Source of the DNA: the human T2T-CHM13v2.0 reference genome, Homo sapiens
NCBI RefSeq assembly: GCF_009914755.1
Contig: NC_060940.1
Reading direction: 5' to 3' (one strand)
DNA: 64,000 nucleotides
The notes below the pieces were generated by a model. The model was not told the DNA's origin. It saw nothing but the letters and a program-made list of their open reading frames with translations, and made no database searches. Made by a program: the position numbers and the translations under genes. Each line of letters starts with the position of its first letter. Within the stretch, counting starts at the first letter, position 1. This document shows, one piece after another, positions 53,780 through 64,000 of the stretch.

Positions 53780-55779
53780 GGCACTATAATTCAACATAAT
53801 GCTGCAAATCCTGGCCACAGCAATTAGGCAAGAGAGAAATAAAGGGCATTCAAATGGAAAGGAAAAAGTCAAAGTAGGCTTGTTCACAAACAAACATAAT
53901 CTTAGAAAAACCTAAAGACTCTACCAAAATACTGATAAATAAATTCAGTAAAGTTTCTGGACACAAAATCAACATACAAAAATCAATGTCATTAATATAC
54001 ACCAACAGCAAATAATCTGAAAAAGAAACCAATAAATCAGTTTAAACAAATAAGTAAAACAGCTGTATAAGGAAAACTATAAAACACTGATGAAAGAAAT
54101 TGAAGAGAACATACAAAAAAAATGAAAAGATATTCCATGTTTGTGGATTGGAAGAATTATTGTTACCATGACAATACCACCCAAAGTAATGTACAGGTTC
54201 AATATGGTTTTTATCAAAATACCGATGAAAATATTTCTTCACAAAAATAAAAAAGTTCTAAAATTTATATGGAACCACAAGAGATTCCAGATAGTCAAAG
54301 CAATCCTGAGGAAAAAAGAAAAAACTTGGAGACATCATACTACCTGACTAATATGCTATAAAGCTATAATAACCAAATCAGCATGCTGCTGGCATAAAAC
54401 AAATCATAGCCCAATGGAACACAATGAAAAACCCAAACAGAAATCTATGCATTTACAGATGCCACACTTTTGACAAAGGTGCCAAGAACATACAACACGG
54501 AAAGGACAGTTTTTTCAATAAATGGTGCTAGGAAAACTGGATATCCATATGCAGAGGACTGAAAGTAGACCTCTGTCTCTCACCATATTCAAAAATCAAA
54601 GCAAATTGGATTAAAGACTTAAATATAAGACCTTAAGCTATAAACTTATAAAACTTATAGCTTAAGGAGCTCAAACAACTTAATAGCAAAATGAAAACCA
54701 AAACCACAATGAGATATTATCTCACTTTAGTTTAAATGGCTTTTTCAAAAAATCAAAAGTCAGAGAATAATGGTTGCTGGTGAGGATGTGGGGAAAGGGC
54801 AACCCTCATACACTGTTGGTGGGAACAAATTAGTACAGCCACTATGGAAAACAGCATGGAGTTTCCTCCTTAAAAACTTAAAAATTGAGCTATTAATACT
54901 ATATAATCCAGCAATTCCACCACTGGGTACATATCCAATAGAAAGAAAATAAACATATCAAAGATATGAATATATCAAATTATCAAAATACCGATGAAAA
55001 TATTTCCTCACAGAAATAAAAAACGTTCTAAAATTCATATAAAACCACAAGAGATCCCAAATGGTCAAAGCAATCCTGATGACAAACAACAAAGAAGCAA
55101 ACAAACTAAAAAACTGGAAACATTACACTACCTGACTTCAGAATATGCTACAAAGCTATAATAACCAAATCAGCACGGTACTGGCATGAAACAGACACAT
55201 AGCCCAATGGAATAAAATAAAGAACTAAGACATAAATCTATGCATTTACAGCCACTATATTTTGACAAACGTTGTACAGATAAATATATAAATATATCTT
55301 CTCTCCCATGTTTGTGAAGCATTTACAGCAACATTGTTAATTGGAGGTCATTATGTTAAGCAAAATAAGCCAAGCACAGAAAGAAAAAATTGTGTATTCT
55401 TACTTTTATGTGACGGGGGGGCCCAAAAAGTGGATTTCATGAAGATAGACTGTAGATTGGTGGTTACTAGAGGCAGGGAAGTGTAGGAGAGAGGGAAGGA
55501 TAAAGAGAGGCTGATTAATGGGTGCAAAAATACAGTTAGAAGAGAGAAAACCTCGTGATTGATAGATTAGTAGGGTGACTATAGCTTATGATTAGTAGGG
55601 TGACTATAGCTTACAATCACCTGTTGTACACTTCAAATAGCTGAAAGAGAATAATTTGCATGTTTCTAGCATAAAGATTAAACAAATACTAAGTTTATGG
55701 ATATTCCAATTATCCTGGTATCAAATTATCACATGTATACTTAAAAATATGAATATCTCATATATTAATTGAAAAAAAG
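53780..55779 (+). mobile_element. 5'-truncated L1MA4/5-like element inserted antisense into the older L1
   Basis: Sense ORF2 from TTCAACATAATGCTGCAAATCCTGGCC; 3' UTR AAAAAGTGGATTTCATGAAGATAGAC..TAGGGTGACTATAG; A-tail ~55772-55778; host resumes GTGGGCATCCTTGTCTTG. Confidence 0.85.
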
Positions 55780-57280
55780 AGTGGGCATCCTTGTCTTGCA
55801 TGTGATCTTAGAGGAATGCTTTCAGCTTTTCACAATTGGTATGCTAGCTGTGGGCTGTATACGTAGCCTTAATCGAGTCACATTATTTCTATAACTAATT
55901 TGTTGAGAGTTTTTGTTTTGAAAGTGTGTTGGATTTTGTCAGATGTTTTACTGCATCTATTGAGATTATTGTATACATTTTTTCCTTTATTCTGCTAATG
56001 TGATATATCACATTTATTGATTTGCATATTTTGAAACATCCTTGCATTCCAAAGATAAATCCCACTTGAACATGGTGTTAATCCTTTTCATGTATTGTTG
56101 AATTTGGTTTGCTAATATTTTGTTGAGGATTTTTACATTCAAGTTCATCAAGATTATTGGCCTGCAATTTTCTTTTTTTCGAGTATTCTTGCCTGACTTT
56201 GGTAGTAGGGTAATGCTGGCCTCATGAAGTGTATTTAGAAGTTTTCCATCTCTTCATTTTTTGGGAGAGTTTTAGAAGGATTGCTATTAATTCTTCTTTA
56301 AATTTTTGGTAGAATTTATAAGTGAAGGAGGATATTTGTTTACTAATTTAATCTTCTGACTTGCTATTTGTATAGTCTATTTTTTCCTGATTCAGTCATG
56401 GATGTTTGCATATTTCTAAAACTTTATCATATTTTTTCTAATTGCTTAATTTCTTGGCATATATTTTTATAGTAGTCTCTTAGGGAGTTTTATGTTTTTG
56501 TAATATGAATTGTATTTCATTTTTCATTTATTTGAGTCTTTTTCCTTTCTGCTATTTAGACTAGTTAAAAGTTTATCAATTATATTTATTTTCAAAAAAC
56601 AAACTCAGTTTTATTTATCTTTTCTATTTTTTTTCTAATTTCTATTTCATTTATTACTGCTCTGATCTTTATTTCCTTTTACGGTTTTCAAAGCTTTGGA
56701 TTTTGTTCTTTTTTTCTGGTTCTCTTAAGTTTAAAGTTATGTTGTCTATATAAAATCAGTGTTGGCATTTATCACTATAAACTTTCCTCTTAGAAATGCT
56801 TTTGGTACATTTATACCTTTTGGTATATTGTGTTTTTATTTTCATTTGTCTGAAGATATTTATTTCTGTTACCTTCTTGACCCTATTGTCATGTGTGTTG
56901 TTTATTGTTCTTATAGTTGTACATTTTCCAATTTTCTTCCTGTTATTGATTTCTAGTTTCATGCCATTGTGGTTGAAAGGGAACTTGATATAATTTCAAT
57001 CTTCTTAAATTTATTAAGTCTTGTTTTGTGGCCTGACATATGATCTATTCTGGAGAATTTTCTGTAGGCAGTTGCAAAGAATGTGTATTCTGCTGCTTTT
57101 AGATGGAATGTTCTGAATATGGCTGTGAGTTCTACTTGGTCTAAAGTGTAATTCAAATCTATGGTTACTTAATTGATTTTCTGCCTAGTTGATCTATTCA
57201 TTGCTGAGCATGGTGTATTGAAATATCTCACTGTTATTGTATTGCTTTCTGTTTCTTCCTTTATTTTATATTTATATAAC

Positions 57281-57315
57281 TATATATTAATTATATATAT
57301 ATATATATATATATA
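57281..57315. repeat. (TA)n microsatellite
   Basis: Direct reading. Confidence 0.9.
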
Positions 57316-57840
57316 GTTAAGTTCTTTGATGTTGAGTGCATATATTTACAACTGATATATCCTCTTAATGAATGGGCTCATTTATCACTTTATAATGATC
57401 TTCTTTGCCTCTTGTTTTTATTATAAATTTTTTTCTGATATAGAAATAGCTACTCTTGCTCTCTTTTGATTTCCATTTACATGGGATATTTTTTTTTCAC
57501 CCTGTTGCTTTCAGTCTGTGTGTGTCTTTAAAGCTAAATTGAGAATCCTGTAAGGCAACCTATTGTTGGATTTTATTTTTTAACTATTAACTCATTCTAT
57601 ATCTTTTGACTGGAGAATTTAGTCCATTTACATTTATGGTAATTATTGATAGGTAAGGACTTTTTATTACCATTTTATTAATTGTTTTCTGACTGTTTTA
57701 TAGTTTTTCTTTGTTTTCTTCTTTTGTGATTTGATGACTTTTTGAAGATGTACACTTTAATAAACTTTTTCTCTTTTTCTTTTGTATATTTACTATAGGT
57801 TTTTCCTTTGTGGTTACCATGAAACTCATATAAAAAACTC

Positions 57841-58192
<352 letters not shown>

Positions 58193-60489
58193 TAAACTTT
58201 TACTTCCCTCCTTGCACATTTTTATTTTGATATCACCATCTACTTATTTTTATATTGTGTATCCATTAACAGATGTGTGTAGCTGTATTTACTTAATACT
58301 TTTGCCTTTTAACCTATATCCTAGAGTTAAATGTGATTTGTACATCATCATTATAGTATTCTAAATTTGAGTATATACTTAACTTTAGTTAGTAACATAT
58401 ACTGTTATATGTTTTTATATTACTAATTAATGCTCTTTTGTTTCATCTAGAAAATTATCTTTAGAATTTCCTATAAGGCAGATATATTGGTGATAAATTT
58501 CATTAACTTTTTTTAATCTGGAAAAGTCTTTATCTGTCCTTCATTTCTGACGAACATCTCGTATTTTTTTTCAGCACTTTGAATATATCATTCCACCATC
58601 CCCTGATACGTAAGGTTTCTGTTAAGAAGTCTGCTGATGGTCTAATACAAATGTTATTGTACTTGAGACACCTCTTCTTTGCTTTAAAAATATGTCTTTG
58701 TTTTTTATTTTGTCAGTTTGATTAGAGTGTGTCTTGCTGAAGTCTTCTTTGGGTTGAACTTGTATGAGGATCGTTTAGCCTTATGCATTTGGATATCCAT
58801 ATCTCGCCAAGATTTGGAAGTTTTCAGCCATTATTTATATTTGATAAGCTTTCTTCTCTTTTCTCTCTCTTTTCCATCTAAGATTCTCATAATTCATACA
58901 TTAATTATCTTGATATAGTCCCATAAATTATGTAAGCATTCTTTAACCCTTTTAATTCTTTTGTTTCCTCCTCTGACTGAATAATTTAAAATGACTCAAC
59001 TTTGAGTTCACAGGTTCTTGCTTCTGCTGGATCAAGGTTGCTGTTGAAACTCACTGCATTCTTCATTTTATTCATCATATTGTTCAGCTTGTTGAGTTTC
59101 CTTAAAGCAATTATTTTGCATTATTTTTCAGCTAATTAATATATCTCCATTTGTTTGGAATTGACTACCGAAAAATTATTGTGTTCTTTTGGTTACATCA
59201 TATTTTATTATTTTTCCACGTCCCTTAAACTTTTTTGTTGCTATTTTTATATCTTAAGAAGCATTAAAATCCTCCAGTCTTTACTAACTTGATTTGTGAG
59301 AGAAATGCCTTCATCAGTCAGCCCAGCTTGAGATTCTGAGGCTCTCCCAGACCTGTTTGGTGGTTATGGCTCTTCCAGAACTGCTTTTGTTCCCTCCTGA
59401 GGTGGGAGAAGTCTAAGAATATGTATATATTTTGTTAATCTGATAAAGCCAGACTGGGTGCTGACAGCCTTTCATTTGTTTTCTTTAAGACAGTGACCTG
59501 AAATTCTATAGTTTGTGTGCCTTCTGCTAGTCCCATAGAGTTGAGCTGGCTAACTGCATGTGCTTGTAAGCCATCTGCAAAGGCTCACATTTGTCACTTA
59601 GATGGTACCTAGGTAGAGCTGGCCATGGATGGGGAAGGGTACAGAGCTATGGAAGCCTCCTTTGGCCAGTTGGGGCTTTCTACAAGTGAGGTGTCCCAGG
59701 TGGCTTGAAAACAGGTGTCCTGGTGGAGAGCATAAAGTGTTCCATAAGATATTCAGTCCTTTGTTGACTGTCCTTCTCAGCCCTGTAAGTCGCCATCTTT
59801 CTTCCCTGTTCTCAAACTCTCACAGCCACGTAGCCACGCTGATTCCCTCAGTTATCTACGTGGGGTTGGAAAGAGGTGGGTCTCTTGTGTAGCATCCTGT
59901 ATAGCTAGAGAAGTCAGACACTCATTCAGTACATTTTCACTTTCTCTTGTGGGAGGAATTGTGGACCCAAAATTGGCTTTTTTGGGACTGAGCTGTGACA
60001 CTTTGGGAAGGGGTGATGTGGATAAGGCAAAATTGATTTTCTTACTCTTTTCAGTGACTCTATTCTCAGATTTTTTGCTTCATGGTGTGCTGGAAGTTCT
60101 CTGTTGGACCTCTGTAGTCCTTCAAAGGTACTCTTACCTGTGGGTGGTTGGCAAAATTGTTGCACTGTGCGAAGATGATGGTAGAAAACTCCTATTGTGC
60201 AATTTTGTTGATGTCATTCTTTGTAAGTTAAATTTCTCACCTATTAACCATCTTTGGGGAATCACTGAGGTACATTATTAGGTCTTTTGAATTGGGAAAA
60301 GGGTACATTTTAAGATCTACATATCATCCAGGGAAGATTTGAGCATTGGTTATTTATAGGGTAATATTACAGTTACTTAGGAAAGAAATCCCTTGTTCCT
60401 AGAAACAACATTAGCTGAACCAAGTATAAGTTATGGAAGACTAACGTTACTTCCTTTGTGAAGCAACTTTTTGTTATTGAAAAATAGTG

Positions 60490-60790
60490 GGCCAGGGGTG
60501 GTGGCTTATGCCGGTAATCCTAGCATTTTGGGAGGCTGACGGGGGAGGATAACTTGAGACTAGGAGTTTAAAACCAGCCTGGGCAACAAAACAAAACCCT
60601 GTCTCTATAAAAAATAAAATGATTAGCTAGACATGATGGCATGCACCTATAGGCTCAGATAATTGGGAGGCTGAGGCAGTAGGACCATTAGTGCCCAGGC
60701 GTTCAAGGCTGCAGTGAGCTACGATCACACCACTGCACTCCAGCCTGGGAGGCAGAGCAAGATCCTCTAAAAAAAATAAAATAAAAAAGA
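60490..60790 (+). mobile_element. AluJ SINE
   Basis: Diverged dimeric Alu with J diagnostics (GGATAACTTGAGACTAGGAGTTTAAAACCAGCCTGGGCAAC; TTCAAGGCTGCAGTGAGCTACGATC). Confidence 0.9.
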
Positions 60791-60839
60791 AAGGATGGGG
60801 AATGAGACATGTGACCTTTGTTTAATATTATTTATACTA

Positions 60840-61040
60840 GATACCAAGTAAAACACTATACTTTTATAATATTGTCTCATTGAGTTCTTATAATGAACCA
60901 TTTCATAAATTATCATTATAAAATCAAATATGAGGAAATTTAGTGCGGATGAACTAAGTGATTTTTTTCTTATGTAATTCAGCTCACAGTGTAGCACAAG
61001 AGTTCAAGCACCCAGGTTTTAAATGAATATGAATGTCTTC
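60840..61040 (-). mobile_element. MIR SINE
   Basis: AAATATGAGGAAATTTAG..AACTAAGTGATTT..CAGCT..CACCCAGG. Confidence 0.5.
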
Positions 61041-62309
61041 TTCATAAGAGCTAGCCAGTTTTCTGTAGTTATTCTTTCCAACATTGAAAAATTATTATTC
61101 TTGCTCTCCCTGAAAGATCAATATGATTCAGAATTCAGGACTGAGAGAAAAGCAGCACCATGACAACACCAGTGCCATAATTTTGAGAGGTCTGTGACTT
61201 CACAAAGTCACAGACTTTGTGATAATTAGCTAGATGTTTACTTACAAATGCAAACACATGCACACATTTTTAAAGGTATTTCACTTAGACAATAGGCATG
61301 TTTTAAGGAATCAACAAGACTAATCAAGATGTTCCTCATGAATGAATTGGATCAAAACACTTTAAAGAGTCTATAAAATTAGTTCACACTTCAAGTAATA
61401 TCTATTATAAGGATAATGGTAGTTACTATTTAACAGTATTAAATGCCTCATATGTATCACCAAATTTAACCTCATAATATCCCAGTGTGATAAGTTATTT
61501 CGTCATTATTTTTCCTACTATCCAGGAAAGGAGATTGCCCTTCATGAGGTATAGAGTCAACGTTCCAGTCTTAGTAGTATGATTCTAGAAACCATGCTCT
61601 TATCCTCTATCATACATCTCAACATTTGAATCATTTATATAACTTTTCAGAAACTTTGGTAATTACTTTTAGATGTGTTTTAAGTTGCATCAACTCAGAC
61701 TTTTCTTTCTACATTTTGTTCCTAAAGCATTTTATAAATATCAAGGTTATAGAAAGGCTTTTTTAATTTTATAGAGTTTGTTCAGGGACCCACTGCAAAA
61801 CATCAGTGTTAAGTTCTGTTCTGCCTAGTTTCTATGCCATATGGCATCATTCTTCTTTCAATATATGTTAGTGTTAAAAGAATATATTTTTTCCTTCAGT
61901 TTGCACAGTACCTTTTATAGAAATGGCATAAACATTACTTTTTCTTAAGAATATCACTTAAATGATTAAATGATTTTACAAGGGAACAAAAGGACACTTT
62001 AAATTTCCCTGGAGCTTTCAAGTCCCTTTAATAAAACACTGAATCCATTTTTTTTTCCTTGAAATTCTTTCCCAGTGGTATGTAGCTATTTATTTATTTA
62101 TTTACTTTTATCAGGGAATTAGCATTTGTTATCTCAGCAGCCAGGCCTTTCTTCAGATAGTCTTATTAATAGTTTATTATTTGAGTCTTTTGGTGTCTTG
62201 TATTCAAGAGTCTTTATTTGGACACTGTGTAGATGTCAGAACAAATTATTTTCGTAGATTATAGTCCTTTAATATTTTTAAAATCATATGTACATATTTA
62301 GATTAAATT

Positions 62310-64000
62310 TAATTTTTAAAATTTTATTGAGTTAAAACTCATCTACCATGCAATTTATCCATTAAACATGTACATCATTTTTAATTTTCATATAAATTTT
62401 AAGTTGATCTTGTCAGTTTCTTCAAATGATATTCAAAGTTTGTATCTATCACTAAAATCAATTGTAGAAAATTTTAATTACTCCAGTAGAAAACCTTGCA
62501 CTCTTTAGTAATCATTACCCAAGCTCCCTTCCCCTCAGTCCAAGGCAACCATTAATCCACTTTCTGTCTCTGTAGATTTGCTTACTCTTAAAATGTCATG
62601 TAATGGAATCATACAATATGGGGTTCTTTGTTATTGACATCTGCCACGCAGCATGTTTTAAGGATTTATCCATGCTATAGCATGTATCAGTATTTTGTTT
62701 TTATTGCAGAATAATACTACATTATATGGACATACCAATTTTTTTCTGTCCTTTCATTGGTTGGTAGATATTTTTTGTTTTCATTTCTGATTACTAAGAG
62801 TATTCTTGCTCTTAACATCAAAAACAAATTTTTGCGTGGATGTGTGTTTTTTTCTTAGCTGTATTTCTAAGAGTGGCATTACTGGATCATATGGTATTTC
62901 TGTTTAACTGTTTAAGGAATGGCCAAATAGTTTTCCAAAGCAACTGCATCATTTTACATCATTAGTGTATGAAGGTCCCAATTTGTTCGCATTTTTGTCA
63001 GCACTTGTTTCTGTCTTTTTAAACTCTAGCCATCCTCATGGGTGAATGTGGTAGATGTTTGTGGTTTTAACTTGCATTTATCTCGTGACTAATGATATGG
63101 AATATCGTTTAATAAGTGCTTATTGGCCACTCATATATCTTCTTTGGAGAGATGTTTACTCAGGTATTTTGCTCACTGAAAAAACTGCATTAAATTCTGT
63201 CCGTTTATTATTTAGTTGTAATAGTTATTTATATATTCTAGATACCAGCCCCTTATGAGTTAAGGAGATACAATTGTTTTTCCATTCATAAGTTATATTT
63301 TTACTTCTTAATATCTTTTGATGTACAAAGATACTAATTTTGATGATGATTATTTTCTTTTGCCTTTCATGCTTTTAGTGTCTTATATGACAATTTATAA
63401 TCTACGATAGCTTTAGCTCTTACATTTAGGTATTTGATCTATTTTGCATTAATTTTTATATATGGTTTAAAGAAAATGTCCAACTTTATTTTTTGCATGT
63501 AGATATCAAGTTCTCCCAGAAATACTTATTGGAAAGATGATTTTCTTCTCATTGAATTGTTAGGCAGCCGTCGCAAATGTCAATTTACTGTAAATGTAAG
63601 GATTTATTTCTGGACTCTCAACTTTATTTCATTGATTTATATATATACCCTTGGGCCAGTACCACACTCTCTTGATTACTGTAGCTTTCTTTAAAGTTTT
63701 AAAAATGGGAAGTATGGATTTAAAAATTTTTTCTCCTTTATTTCAAGTTTGGTTTGTGGATTTGGGCTTTTTTAATTTTCATAGAAATTTTAAGTTGATC
63801 TTGTCAATTTCTTCAAATGTATATGGGCTTTTGATAGATACTGTGTTGAATCTGTCGATCAATTTGGAGTGTATTGTCATCTTAACTATACTAGCATCCT
63901 GATCCATAGCATAGTGTATTACTTCATTTATAGGTTTACTTTTATTTATTTCTACAATTTTTACATTTTCAGATTATAAGTTTTATAAATTTTTGATAAT
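62310..64000 (-). mobile_element. L1MB-type element 3' portion, runs off the window end
   Basis: AGGCAACCATTAATCCACTTTCTGTCTCTGTAGATTTG..AATGGAATCATACAATATG; reverse ORF2 continues to 64000. Confidence 0.85.

Overview
AT-rich primate (most likely human or great ape) genomic DNA, judged from AluY/AluS/AluJ, LTR12C, THE1, L1MA/MB/ME, L2 and MIR content. I find no supportable protein-coding gene, RNA gene or CRISPR array. The listed ORFs are short chance frames, many inside repeats, so this looks like a gene desert or a long intron. A large part of the window is recognisable transposable-element sequence: a nested MER20/MER67/AluJ/LTR12C stack (1972-4439), MaLR LTRs, two degraded LTR16/ERVL remnants, Tigger and MADE1 MITEs, eight Alus, and a near full-length antisense old L1 (about 51495-60220) carrying several later insertions. 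Most unusual: (i) a ~320 bp GC-rich, apparently unspliced gene-like fragment captured inside that L1 without TSD or poly(A); (ii) a younger L1 inserted antisense into the older L1 with its 5' truncation at the homologous ORF2 position; (iii) many templated insertions and interlocking inverted repeats suggesting template-switch/DSB-repair events; (iv) an LTR12C with a mutated poly(A) signal and a consensus splice donor just downstream of the expected TSS. Repeat subfamily names come from recalled consensus sequences and need RepeatMasker/Dfam confirmation. Boundaries of old repeats are approximate.
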